NCBI GenBank assembly: GCA_913043255.1
Contig: CAJWLK010000001.1
Coordinates: 324,288-388,287 of the forward strand
Origin: an uncultured Gemmatimonadota bacterium
Lineage (GTDB): Bacteria; Gemmatimonadota; Gemmatimonadetes; Palauibacterales; Palauibacteraceae
Direction of reading: 5' to 3'
DNA: 64,000 nt
In this document: piece by piece, positions 54,984-64,000 of the stretch
Layout: every line of letters begins with the position of its first letter
Position numbering within the stretch: position 1 is the first letter of the stretch
Position numbers and translations under genes: made by a program
The notes under the pieces: model-generated
What the model was told of the DNA's origin: nothing
The model's input: only the letters and a program-made list of their open reading frames with translations
Database searches by the model: none

Positions 54984-55718
54984 ATGAAGCACGCCATACT
55001 ATTTGCCCTCGCTCTCGTGTCGATCGGATGTTCTGAGCCTTCACCTAGGAATTTGGATGATCTAGTTAAACAAAACTCCCTGTACCTAGATCCTGACACT
55101 CAAGAACCTTTCAGCGGTCCAGTCTTCAGAGTATCTCCAAACGACCCAGCTCAGATCGTACTAACAGTTGATCTCTTAAACGGAAGGCTACATGGCGACT
55201 TCGAAGACTTTGATCCGACGGGAGTTGAGCAAGGTCTCGGGCTCTACGCGACAGGGACATACCTAAACGGACGACGCGAAGGCCGTTATGAATACTTCTA
55301 TCCCAGTGGAGTGCGTCGAGGTCGGGGAACGTATAGAGATGACAAGCCAGATGGTCCATACGAATCATACTATGAAAATGGTCGGCTACGGTTGAAGCAC
55401 GTCTACAAAGGTGGTAAACCTGATGGGGCATTTGAAACCTACCGTGAAAACGGAACCCTAGAGTGGACAGGAACTTATAAGGATGGTGAACGACACGGTC
55501 CGTTTGAGGGCCACTATGAAAATGGACGATTGCAGTTGAAAGGAACCTACGAGAATGGCACTCTCCACCGCCTATTTGAGCGCTACTATCCAGACGGTGA
55601 AATTACCGTACGAGGAATCTACAATTTAGATGTGCGGTGTGGTGAGTGGATTGAGGTTACTAGAACTGTAAACTATCCACCCTGCCCCCCAACCTCGAAA
55701 AAGGAAGGAACTCAATAG
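54984..55718 (+). CDS. lipoprotein with MORN-variant repeats (YwqK-family-like)
   Basis: The start is at the internal ATG 54984, preceded by GGGAAGGGA. MKHAILFALALVSIGCS is a lipobox. At least six YxNGxLxxxGxYKDGxxxG repeats are present. Confidence 0.7.
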   Translation: MKHAILFALALVSIGCSEPSPRNLDDLVKQNSLYLDPDTQEPFSGPVFRVSPNDPAQIVLTVDLLNGRLHGDFEDFDPTGVEQGLGLYATGTYLNGRREGRYEYFYPSGVRRGRGTYRDDKPDGPYESYYENGRLRLKHVYKGGKPDGAFETYRENGTLEWTGTYKDGERHGPFEGHYENGRLQLKGTYENGTLHRLFERYYPDGEITVRGIYNLDVRCGEWIEVTRTVNYPPCPPTSKKEGTQ

Positions 55719-55720
55719 CA

Positions 55721-57214
55721 ATGACGTCGCCTATCATCGTTGGTGTATTAGTTGCCTATCTCATTCTTCTCTTGTTCATTGGCATTTGGGGAGGAAAGGG
55801 ATCGCACGACGTTGAGGGGTATTATGCGGCTGGGAAGAAACTCCCATCCTGGGTCCTTGCGTTTTCGTCAAACGCAACAGGAGAAAGCGCCTGGTTGCTT
55901 CTCGGCTTGACCGGGATGGGTTACGCAGTTGGCATGCACGCACTCTGGGTAGTCCTGGGCGAAGTGCTAGGCGTGGCTGTCGCATGGGTATTCGTCGCTA
56001 GACCATTCAAGGCGTTCACAGACAGATATAACTCCATTACGGTGGCCGACTATCTCGTAGCTCGCTTTAAAGACCCAACACACGCGTTCCGGATTGTGAG
56101 CGCCGTCATCATTCTATCTATGGTTGCAGCGTATACTGCTGCACAACTCACTGCGACGGGGAAGGCTTTTGACTCGTTCCTTGGAACAGGGTACCAGACA
56201 GGTGTCTTCCTCGGACTCGCAGTGATCCTATTTTACACCACCGTCGGCGGCTTCAAGGCCGTGGCTTATTCAGATGTCCTGCAAGGCGTCCTCATGTTTG
56301 GGTGTCTATTAACCCTTCCAGCAGTCGGAATTGCAGCGGTTGGCGGATGGGGATCGTTACTCGAGGGACTGCGCGCGGCTGATCCCAACCTCCTATTGCC
56401 AGGAGGAGGGTTAGGGTTCACTCCGTCAGGAATCGCGAGCGCGTTGGGCTTCGTGGGGATCGGCCTGGCTTTTCTTGGTGCGCCACAACTTCTTGGTCGA
56501 TTCATTGCGGCACGAGATCAGCGCGAAATCATCAAGGCAGGGCCCCTCGCGGTCATATGCATCGTCGTATTCGACATGGGGGCAGTACTCACCGGTATGG
56601 CAGGACGAGTCCTCTTCCCTGCTCTTACGGATCCTGAGACAATCCTCCCATTGATGTCTTCTGAGCTTTTTCCAGCCATCTTTACCGGACTTTTCTTTGT
56701 GGTCGTCCTTGCCGCAACAATGTCCACAGTGGACTCGGTCCTTATCCTTGCGTCGGCTGCCGCTGTTCGAGACATCTTTCAGAAAATATTTCGACCGAAC
56801 GCTCCACAGGTAACGCTGGCACGACTTGGCAAGGGCGTCACGGTCATACTCGGGCTACTGGGACTCGTACTCGCTCTTACAGAGGTACGGGTGATCTTCT
56901 GGTTCGTACTATTTGCATGGTCGGGCTTAGCATGTGCCTTCACCCCGGTGGTACTCTGCTCTTTATTCTGGGCACGTACGACTCGTGCTGGTGCTTTGGC
57001 AGGGATGGTTGCGGGGTTCTTAGTAACGGTCATTTGGGTCGTGGCCTTCAAGGCACAGTTTTACGACTTATACGAGATGATCCCCGGCTTTTTGGCTGGT
57101 TTTGTATTCACGGTCGGCGTGAGCTTACTTACTCGTCCTCCAGAAGGAGCGGAAAAAGAATTGCGAGAGATCCATGCCGAACTTGGCCCGGCATTCGGGC
57201 CGAAAAGAGATTAA
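55721..57214 (+). CDS. sodium:solute symporter family transporter (PutP/PanF-like)
   Basis: 497 aa with 13-TM SSF topology. It starts 3 nt after the MORN lipoprotein gene. Confidence 0.8.
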   Translation: MTSPIIVGVLVAYLILLLFIGIWGGKGSHDVEGYYAAGKKLPSWVLAFSSNATGESAWLLLGLTGMGYAVGMHALWVVLGEVLGVAVAWVFVARPFKAFTDRYNSITVADYLVARFKDPTHAFRIVSAVIILSMVAAYTAAQLTATGKAFDSFLGTGYQTGVFLGLAVILFYTTVGGFKAVAYSDVLQGVLMFGCLLTLPAVGIAAVGGWGSLLEGLRAADPNLLLPGGGLGFTPSGIASALGFVGIGLAFLGAPQLLGRFIAARDQREIIKAGPLAVICIVVFDMGAVLTGMAGRVLFPALTDPETILPLMSSELFPAIFTGLFFVVVLAATMSTVDSVLILASAAAVRDIFQKIFRPNAPQVTLARLGKGVTVILGLLGLVLALTEVRVIFWFVLFAWSGLACAFTPVVLCSLFWARTTRAGALAGMVAGFLVTVIWVVAFKAQFYDLYEMIPGFLAGFVFTVGVSLLTRPPEGAEKELREIHAELGPAFGPKRD

Positions 57215-57256
57215 GAACGTGCAGCAGAACAAACAAAAAAGTGTAAGGAGCGAGGG

Positions 57257-58975
57257 ATGAGCGAAGTAAGTCGTCGAGATTTCATGGCGTTGTCGGGGCT
57301 CGCCGCGGGAGGTGCTGTTTGGGCTGGTTGCACACCCACGAATAATGGCCAGGCAGACACCCCTTCATCGGGCGAAGCAGATCAGGTCGTTACGAACGGG
57401 AACATCTACACGATTGACGATACAACACCCCGTTCTCAGGCCTTTGCAATAAAAAACGGGCGCTTCCTCGCAGTAGGATCGAATTCCGATATCAACAACC
57501 TTATAGGTCCAGGAACCCAGGTCATCGATGCGGCTGGCATGACCGTGGTCCCCGGTTTCATCGACGCCCATAACCATCCTTTCTACTCAGGTACTAAACA
57601 CCTAAAGCAGGTTAATCTAGATATCAGAACGATCGAAGGAATCAAGAGCGCCCTCGCTGAGCGCGCACAAAACACACCACCCGGCCAATGGGTAGAAGGT
57701 TTCCTTTACGATGATACGAAACTAGAGGATGGTCGACCGATCACGCGTGCAGATATCGATGCGGCAGTCCCCGATCACCCCGTCTCTGTAACACACCGAG
57801 GTGGGCACACAGGCGTCTACAATTCACGAGCATTTGCACTCGCAGGGATTACTAGTGACACGCCGGATCCCGAAGGGGGAAAATTCTATAAAGAGAATGG
57901 CGAACTCACAGGACGTGTCGCAGAAAAAGCAAAAGACCCACTCGAAAGCCTTATCCCCTCCGGAACAACGCGTGAAGAACGTGCCGAAAGCATTCGATTA
58001 ATTGGGGGCTTGATGGCGAAGGCAGGCCTGACTTCGATTCATGAGACGGGTGGCGGGACCGAAAACCTTGTGGCCTACCAAGACGCACAGGAGTCCGGCG
58101 AACTGCATTTCCGAATCTATCTGTTTTCATCAGGTGGGACCTCAGGGATCGCAGGCCCACAACTCTTTGACGGTCTTAAACAGGCAGGAATCCGCTCAGG
58201 ATTTGGTGATGAATGGGTTAAAATCGGCGGGGTGAAATATGGGGCCGATGGCTCTGCATCAGAACGAACGATGGCCATGTCGACACCGTATGTAGGCCGT
58301 CCCAGCGATTACGGTATTCTGACCATGAGTCAGGACGAAATCTACGCGGCGGTCGAAGACGCAGTTCGACACGGGTTCCAGATTGGCATACATGCTAACG
58401 GAGACCTTGCCATCGAAATGTGTCTGAACGCGTTCGAGCGATCTCAAGCAAATATGCCTCAAGCTGATCCTCGATTCCGTCTTGAGCACTGTTCCTTGGT
58501 AAACGATGACCTGCTCCGAAGAATCAAGGATGTCGGTGCCATTCCAACCCCGTTTTATACATACGTGCACTATCATGGGAACAAATGGGGTGAGTACGGA
58601 GCAGATAAGATGGAGTGGATGTTCGCTCACCGAAGTTTTCTCGACTATGACATCCCGGTGGCTGGAGCTTCTGACTATCCGCCGGGTCCGTTTGAAGTAA
58701 TGATGGGGATCCAGAGCATGGTCACGCGCACAGACATGCAAGGGCGTGAATGGGGCGCGAGCCAAAAAATCTCAGTTCAAGAAGCATTGAAAATCTGTAC
58801 AATCAATGGAGCTCATGCTGCGTTCGAGGAAGGTAGCAAAGGTTCAATCACTGCCGGGAAACTGGCTGATTACGTGATTTTGTCAGATGATCCACACACG
58901 ACCGACCCATTCGCAATCAAAGAAATTCAGGTTGTTCGAACGGTGGTAGGCGGACGAACAACCCACGAAGCATGA
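57257..58975 (+). CDS. amidohydrolase_3 (YtcJ-like) metal-dependent hydrolase, Tat-signal lipoprotein, copy 1
   Basis: SRRDFMALSGLAAGGAVWAGC combines a twin-arginine motif and a lipobox Cys. PGFIDAHNHP is the HxH motif. The C-terminus is typical of the family (GKLADYVIL). Confidence 0.85.
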   Translation: MSEVSRRDFMALSGLAAGGAVWAGCTPTNNGQADTPSSGEADQVVTNGNIYTIDDTTPRSQAFAIKNGRFLAVGSNSDINNLIGPGTQVIDAAGMTVVPGFIDAHNHPFYSGTKHLKQVNLDIRTIEGIKSALAERAQNTPPGQWVEGFLYDDTKLEDGRPITRADIDAAVPDHPVSVTHRGGHTGVYNSRAFALAGITSDTPDPEGGKFYKENGELTGRVAEKAKDPLESLIPSGTTREERAESIRLIGGLMAKAGLTSIHETGGGTENLVAYQDAQESGELHFRIYLFSSGGTSGIAGPQLFDGLKQAGIRSGFGDEWVKIGGVKYGADGSASERTMAMSTPYVGRPSDYGILTMSQDEIYAAVEDAVRHGFQIGIHANGDLAIEMCLNAFERSQANMPQADPRFRLEHCSLVNDDLLRRIKDVGAIPTPFYTYVHYHGNKWGEYGADKMEWMFAHRSFLDYDIPVAGASDYPPGPFEVMMGIQSMVTRTDMQGREWGASQKISVQEALKICTINGAHAAFEEGSKGSITAGKLADYVILSDDPHTTDPFAIKEIQVVRTVVGGRTTHEA

Positions 58976-59027
58976 CCGTGTGGAATCAGTAGCAGCAAAA
59001 TGAATAAAAGAGTGCAAGGAGAGAGGG

Positions 59028-60728
59028 ATGAGTGAAGTAAGTCGTCGAGATTTCATGGCGTTGTCAGGGCTCGCCGCGGGAGGTGCTGTTTGGGCTGGCT
59101 GTACGCCCACGAATAATGGCCAGGCAGACACCACTTCATCGGGTGAAGCAGATCAGGTCGTTACGAATGCAAATGTTTACACGGTTGACGACGTTACGCC
59201 CCGGGCCGAGGCATTTGCCGTAAAAAGTGGCCGTTTTCTCGCTATTGGTCGCAATGACGAGGTTGCCAACTTGGTGGGCCGAGGGACCGAGGTGATCGAT
59301 GCAGCGGGAATGACTGTATTCCCAGGATTCATTGACGCTCACAACCACCCTTCGTCAGCTGGCATGAGACATCTAACCCAAGTTGACATGAATATCCGCA
59401 CAATCGAAGGCATGAAGAGTGCCCTCGCCGAGCGAGCACAAAATACTCCACCGGGCGAATGGGTTGTTGGCTTTCTTTACGACGACACCAAGATCCAGGA
59501 AGGTCGACCACTTACGCGTAAGGACATCGACGAGGCGGTTCCCAACCATCCAGTGGCAGTCACCCACCGTGGTGGCCATACCAGTGTTTACAATTCAAAA
59601 GCATTTCAGCTCGCAGGGCTCACCGTTGATACGCCTGATCCTCCAGGTGGACACTTTTATCGGGAAAATGGGGAACTCACCGGTAAGGTGGCTGAGCGCG
59701 CGAGGGCTCCTCTTAGCCGACTGATTCCCGGTGGTAGTACAAGAGAAGAGCGATCTGAGGGGGTCGCACTCATCGGCCGTTTAATGTCTGAGTCAGGTCT
59801 CACGTCGGTCCATGAAACGGGCGGAAGCAGTCAGGGGCTCACAGCACTACAAGATGCCTATGAAACGGGGGACCTCCGTTTCCGAATGTATTATTTCCCG
59901 AGCGGCGGCAGCGGTTTATTCCAAGCGCTAAAACAAGCCGGCATTCGTAGTGGTTTTGGAGATGAAATGCTTCGAGTCGGGGCTGTAAAATACGGCGCAG
60001 ACGGATCGGCATCAGAACGCACGATGGCGATGAGGACCCCTTATATAGGACGACCCGATGATTATGGCATCCTCACGATGACCCAGGATGAAATCTATGC
60101 AGCAGTTGATGACGCTGTGCAACATGGGTTCCAAATCGGTATACATGCCAATGGTGATAAAACCATAGATATGTGCCTCAATGCCTACGAGCGTGCACAG
60201 CGCGATATGCCCCAAGCGGACCCACGGTTTCGACTCGAGCATTGCTCCCTCGTCGATGATGAACTCCTCCAGCGGATCAAAAACATCGGTGCAATTCCGA
60301 CACCATTTTACACGTATATCCATTTCCATGGTGAGAAATGGCACGAGTATGGCGCCGATAAAATGGAGTGGATGTTTGCCCACCGCCGGTTCTTGGACTA
60401 CGGCATTCCCGTCGCGGGTGCCTCGGACTACCCACCGGGGCCATTTGAACCACTGATGGCGATCCAGAGTATGACCACACGTAAGGACATGTCGGGACAA
60501 GAATGGGGACCATCACAAAAAGTAACGGTTGAAGAAGCACTCCGGATCTGTACTATAAACGGAGCACATGCATCGTTCGAGGAGAGCATAAAGGGATCAA
60601 TCACCCCTGGGAAGCTCGCGGACTATGTAATTCTAGGAGACGACCCTCATACCGTGGACCCAGAATCAATCAAGCAAATTCCTGTCGTACGAACAGTGGT
60701 TGGAGGCCGAACCACCCATGAGGCCTGA
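59028..60728 (+). CDS. amidohydrolase_3 (YtcJ-like) metal-dependent hydrolase, Tat-signal lipoprotein, copy 2 (tandem paralog)
   Basis: About 75-80% aa identity to copy 1 over the full length. The first 35 residues are identical. About 110 nt at the 5' end, including the RBS region, are nearly identical. Confidence 0.85.
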   Translation: MSEVSRRDFMALSGLAAGGAVWAGCTPTNNGQADTTSSGEADQVVTNANVYTVDDVTPRAEAFAVKSGRFLAIGRNDEVANLVGRGTEVIDAAGMTVFPGFIDAHNHPSSAGMRHLTQVDMNIRTIEGMKSALAERAQNTPPGEWVVGFLYDDTKIQEGRPLTRKDIDEAVPNHPVAVTHRGGHTSVYNSKAFQLAGLTVDTPDPPGGHFYRENGELTGKVAERARAPLSRLIPGGSTREERSEGVALIGRLMSESGLTSVHETGGSSQGLTALQDAYETGDLRFRMYYFPSGGSGLFQALKQAGIRSGFGDEMLRVGAVKYGADGSASERTMAMRTPYIGRPDDYGILTMTQDEIYAAVDDAVQHGFQIGIHANGDKTIDMCLNAYERAQRDMPQADPRFRLEHCSLVDDELLQRIKNIGAIPTPFYTYIHFHGEKWHEYGADKMEWMFAHRRFLDYGIPVAGASDYPPGPFEPLMAIQSMTTRKDMSGQEWGPSQKVTVEEALRICTINGAHASFEESIKGSITPGKLADYVILGDDPHTVDPESIKQIPVVRTVVGGRTTHEA

Positions 60729-60785
60729 GACCTTGAGTGAATTTGACCATCACGAATACAAACCTAAGCCGAGAGCAAGACCCTC

Positions 60786-61565
60786 ATGAGTGATGTAGTG
60801 CGTGTAGAAAAAATCGATGGAAATATCGCAAAAATCACCATCAACCGACCAGACAAGCTAAACGCCCTAAATCGTGAAGTACGCCAAGGGATATTCGGCG
60901 CCTTAAATAACCTTACTGACGATGATGATATTCGTGTTGTTCTAATAACAGGAGCCGGTGATAAAGCATTCATCGCAGGTGCAGACATCGCCGAATTCAA
61001 GGATGCACGCCCTATCGAACAGTACCGCAGTATGAAGGCGGGAAACATCTATATGGCAATCGAGAGGTTTCACAAGCCTGTGATCGCTATGATTAATGGG
61101 TTTTGCTTAGGCGGCGGTTGCGAACTCGCCATGGCCTGTGATATGCGGATAGCATCCACATCTGCCAAGATCGGCCAACCCGAGATCAACCTGGGTCTCA
61201 TCCCAGGGGCCGGCGGAACTCAACGTCTTCCTCGACTCGTTGGAGAGGGCTGGGCTATGCGCTTAATCACAAGCGGCGAACTGATCTCAGGCGATACAGC
61301 TGCAAAGATTGGCTTGGTAGAAACAGCCGTCGCTCCCGAAGAACTCGAGACACATACCATGACGTTAGCTGCCAAAATTGGAAGTCGAAGCCCCGTAGCA
61401 CTACAAGCTGCCAAGGAATCAATCTTGGCTGCCCGGCGTATGCCGCTCGACGAGGGACTCAAGTTCGAGCAGGCTTGGTTCTCTCTCCTATTTTCTACAG
61501 ATGACATGGCAGAGGGTGTGAGTGCCTTCCTCGAGAAGAGGAAAGCTGAGTTCAAAGGCAGTTAA
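60786..61565 (+). CDS. enoyl-CoA hydratase/isomerase family protein
   Basis: Crotonase motifs are present: FIAGADIAEF, GGGCELAMACDMRIA and GLIPGAGGTQRL. Confidence 0.85.
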   Translation: MSDVVRVEKIDGNIAKITINRPDKLNALNREVRQGIFGALNNLTDDDDIRVVLITGAGDKAFIAGADIAEFKDARPIEQYRSMKAGNIYMAIERFHKPVIAMINGFCLGGGCELAMACDMRIASTSAKIGQPEINLGLIPGAGGTQRLPRLVGEGWAMRLITSGELISGDTAAKIGLVETAVAPEELETHTMTLAAKIGSRSPVALQAAKESILAARRMPLDEGLKFEQAWFSLLFSTDDMAEGVSAFLEKRKAEFKGS

Positions 61566-61625
61566 TCTCGGTATACGAACAGTCGGACGAACGTTATCCG
61601 TCATCACCAACCAAAGTTTACCGAC

Positions 61626-61662
61626 AAAAGCGCCCGAGACCTGATAGATCTCGGGCGCTTTG
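61626..61662. terminator. bidirectional intrinsic terminator hairpin between the crotonase gene and rpmA
   Basis: The 10-bp GC-rich stem GCGCCCGAGA / TCTCGGGCGC has a 9-nt loop. It is flanked by AAAA on one side and TTT on the other, giving a U-tract on both strands. Confidence 0.6.
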
Positions 61663-61700
61663 TGCGACATTCGAAGAATGGCTTCTTTTAAGGCATCCGC

Positions 61701-61961
61701 CTATGTCTCATTCGGGACCACGTTCACATACCTGCGACCACCTCGCCGGACCTGGAATTTGACGATCCCATCAGTAAGTGCGAACAGTGTATCATCGTTG
61801 CCCCGACCGACATTACGCCCCGGGTGAAACGGTGTTCCCCGTTGTCGAATCAGAATATTCCCTGCGACAACGCGCTGCCCTCCATACCGCTTCACGCCAA
61901 GATATTGTGGGTTTGAATCACGGCCATTTCTACTTGAACCAACCCCTTTTTTATGTGCCAT
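61701..61961 (-). CDS. rpmA: 50S ribosomal protein L27
   Basis: [29 protein letters not shown]... is the canonical L27 N-terminus. It is 86 aa. Confidence 0.95.
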   Translation of the reverse strand: MAHKKGVGSSRNGRDSNPQYLGVKRYGGQRVVAGNILIRQRGTPFHPGRNVGRGNDDTLFALTDGIVKFQVRRGGRRYVNVVPNET

Positions 61962-62521
61962 TAGTCAGCTTCCTTGGCTTTAATCGCTTTGTCGATATCG
62001 CTTTTAAGGATACGACCGTCCTTCCCACTTCCTTCGATCTCATTAAGATCAATATCATGCGTTTCTGCTAACGCACGCGCCACATCTGTGATGTCAATGT
62101 CTGTTCGTGCAGACTTTGGCTGATCTGCTGTCTTTTTTGCTTTCGGGGACTTCTTCACTTCTGCGACAACCTCGGGCTTGCTCACCTTGCCCGACTCCGG
62201 TTTCCCCTTGGGGAGGGTGATCGTAACGATCTTAATCTCGGTATAACCCTGCCGATGGCCCTGCTTTCTCCGATACCCTTTTCGCCGTTTCATTTTGTAC
62301 ACGATGATCTTATCACCGCGGCCGTGCCCTATTACTTCAGCCGCTACTGATGCACCATCGACGGCGGGAGCTCCCACGTGTATAGCACCCTCCCGTTCGG
62401 CTAGCAGGACTTGGTCAAATTTCACCTTGTCCCCAGGATCTGCCTGTAACGTGGGGATCCGGATAACCGCATCCTTGACCGCCCGAAACTGTTTCCCTTG
62501 AGCCTGAAAAATCGCGTACAT
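61961..62521 (-). CDS. rplU: 50S ribosomal protein L21 with about 80-aa C-terminal extension (K/A/P-rich linker + peripheral-subunit-binding-domain-like motif)
   Basis: Residues 1-103 are canonical L21 ([17 protein letters not shown] ... [27 protein letters not shown]). The tail ends ...[35 protein letters not shown], resembling the E2 PSBD consensus ([14 protein letters not shown]). Confidence 0.85.
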   Translation of the reverse strand: MYAIFQAQGKQFRAVKDAVIRIPTLQADPGDKVKFDQVLLAEREGAIHVGAPAVDGASVAAEVIGHGRGDKIIVYKMKRRKGYRRKQGHRQGYTEIKIVTITLPKGKPESGKVSKPEVVAEVKKSPKAKKTADQPKSARTDIDITDVARALAETHDIDLNEIEGSGKDGRILKSDIDKAIKAKEAD

Positions 62522-62539
62522 ATCAGTAAACCATCATTC

Positions 62540-62610
62540 GGAAGGATGAGATGCCTTGGATGATCTTGTTAAGAATTCTAGCCGGGCAGTCTAGCTGTGA
62601 CTTTAGTCAA
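62540..62610 (-). promoter_or_regulatory. candidate promoter for rplU-rpmA
   Basis: The minus strand reads TTGACG-17 nt-TAGACT about 60 nt upstream of the rplU ATG. The region contains the palindrome GTCAAC-TTGAC. Confidence 0.2.
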
Positions 62611-62634
62611 CGTCAACTTGACAGCTTTTAAAAT

Positions 62635-64000
62635 CTAGTTCGAAACGTATTTATTCGTGACGTCCGTATCCGCCGGGTGTGCAAGAAGCCTGAACTCATC
62701 AAGCCCCAACATAGGGTTGTCACGCACCTCAAGAACAATCTTGGTGCGGGCCCTTTGACCCTTAAGAAAATCGGTCTCATTTTCGAGAAGGTGTAACGCA
62801 ATCACCGGGTGCGTGAGAATCGTGATTCCACGCTCTTTCCCTGCCGTCGATACCCGTTGGAGCGCACGTTCAATGCGACGGACAACCGTCTGTGGCGCAA
62901 GGATCCGCCCCGTCCCTTCACAGTATGTGCACGGCGTCATCATCTGCTGTTGAAGACTTGGGCTCACCCTCTGCCGACTCAGTTGGAGCAGCCCCAACTC
63001 CGAGATCCCAAAGACCTTGCTCCGGGCACGATCTCGACCCAGATGCATCCTCATCTTTTGCTCAACCTTAACCCGTGATTTTTCGTCATCCATGTCGATG
63101 AAATCAATGACGATGATCCCCCCTACATCGCGAAGCCGAAGCTGTCTGGCAATCTCGACGGCCGCATCCATGTTTGTGCGGAAAATAGTTTTAGAAGGAT
63201 CCTTACGTCCTGTGTAACTCCCAGTATTCACGTCGATCGACACAAGTGCTTCTGTTTGCTCAATAACGATGTGGCCACCTGATGACAAATCCACTTTGCG
63301 ACGGAATGCACGTCTGATTTCTTCTTCGATCCCCAACTCATCAAAAAGCGGCGCCTGGCCATTGTAAAGCGTAACACGATCAAGCAGATCTGGATCAACC
63401 TGGCCAAGATAAGACTTGATTTCATGGTGCAGGTCGGAAGAGTCAACGGTGAGCGAATCAACTCGATCGTTGAACAAATCACGTATCATACTGGACGTCA
63501 TACGGGCATCTTGGTATACCAGTGCCGGCGCCTTCATCCCTTGCGCACGCTTGCTCGCTTTTTCCCAAGATTTTCGAAGAGACTTAAGCTCTCCTTGGAA
63601 AGTTTTTTCCGTCAGTTCTTCCCCTACGGTTCGTATGATAACGCTATCTGAACTTCCCTTAAGTGCATCTTTGGCCATCTTTCGAAGACGTCTGCGCTCT
63701 TCCCGATCTTCGATCTTGCGACTAATTCCTACATGCGAGGAAGAAGGTATGTAAACGAGGAATCTCCCAGGTAACGATACCTGCGTGGTAACACGAGCTC
63801 CCTTTGTCCCAATAGGCTCCTTCGTAACCTGAACCATGATGGACTGACCCTTGGACACCACATCCTGGATTGGCGCATAGGTTCGATCACGCCATCTGCC
63901 AGTATTTTTTGATTTCGTGCGGGATCCCTTGCGACCACCCTTGGAACTTTTTGATGTACTATTGAGATCAACCGAACCCTCATCGTCTGCTTCGTCATCA
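62635..64000 (-). CDS. ribonuclease E/G family endoribonuclease, C-terminal about 450 aa (N-terminus beyond window end)
   Basis: The frame is open to the window edge. QSIMVQVTKEPIGTKGARVTTQVSLPGRFLVYIPS aligns with the S1/5'-sensor to DNase-I-like junction of RNase E/G. DVNTGSYTG and GGIIVIDFIDMD contain the Mg-binding aspartates. Confidence 0.8.
   Translation of the reverse strand, partial: DDEADDEGSVDLNSTSKSSKGGRKGSRTKSKNTGRWRDRTYAPIQDVVSKGQSIMVQVTKEPIGTKGARVTTQVSLPGRFLVYIPSSSHVGISRKIEDREERRRLRKMAKDALKGSSDSVIIRTVGEELTEKTFQGELKSLRKSWEKASKRAQGMKAPALVYQDARMTSSMIRDLFNDRVDSLTVDSSDLHHEIKSYLGQVDPDLLDRVTLYNGQAPLFDELGIEEEIRRAFRRKVDLSSGGHIVIEQTEALVSIDVNTGSYTGRKDPSKTIFRTNMDAAVEIARQLRLRDVGGIIVIDFIDMDDEKSRVKVEQKMRMHLGRDRARSKVFGISELGLLQLSRQRVSPSLQQQMMTPCTYCEGTGRILAPQTVVRRIERALQRVSTAGKERGITILTHPVIALHLLENETDFLKGQRARTKIVLEVRDNPMLGLDEFRLLAHPADTDVTNKYVSN

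Noticed and set aside
57257-60728. Possibility that the amidohydrolase_3 duplicate is an IS-mediated or assembly-collapse repeat
   Set aside because: No transposase or terminal inverted repeats flank the copies. Divergence after the first about 110 nt is substantial at both nucleotide and protein level, consistent with a genuine old tandem duplication with 5' conversion. An assembly check is still suggested in the findings.

Overview
This is a 64-kb stretch of bacterial chromosome at roughly mid-50s % GC with about 50 genes. It contains no transposases, integrases, CRISPR arrays or prophage genes. One tRNA-Leu(TAA) is present and is not linked to an island. The content is catabolic and envelope-related. 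There are many secreted or Tat-exported amide-bond hydrolases: an S15 CocE/NonD peptidase, a PD40-amidohydrolase giant, an amidase, two amidohydrolase pairs and a Tat-lipoprotein amidohydrolase_3 tandem duplicate. There is a tightly coupled hydantoinase A / small TM protein / Na-solute symporter / hydantoinase B / FAD-oxidase operon. A beta-oxidation block lies next to a class-III aminotransferase and an SDR gene. An NfeD-FloA flotillin operon, a 1098-aa sortilin/BNR protein and two regulated-transporter fusions (APC-UspA, SLC13-TrkA_C) are present. The window ends with rplU-rpmA and a partial RNase E/G gene. The most system-like unexplained region is 38.4-45.0 kb. It encodes a signal-peptide creatininase-family hydrolase, a di-haem DUF1592-type cytochrome c protein, a Tat-exported DUF1552 partner and a secreted ankyrin-repeat protein as one apparent operon. 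Other points of note are a secreted fusion of a degenerate MBL-like domain to a D-2-hydroxyacid dehydrogenase, an L21 ribosomal protein with a peripheral-subunit-binding-domain-like tail, an apparently inactive/active amidohydrolase pair, an unlisted 58-aa membrane protein wedged between hyuA and the symporter, and a perfect 25-bp AT palindrome. The DUF1592/DUF1552 module suggests a Planctomycetes/Verrucomicrobia/Acidobacteria/Gemmatimonadetes-like environmental lineage; that is an inference, not a classification. Coordinates I derived myself (small ORF, tRNA, hairpins, adjusted starts) may be off by 1-2 nt.
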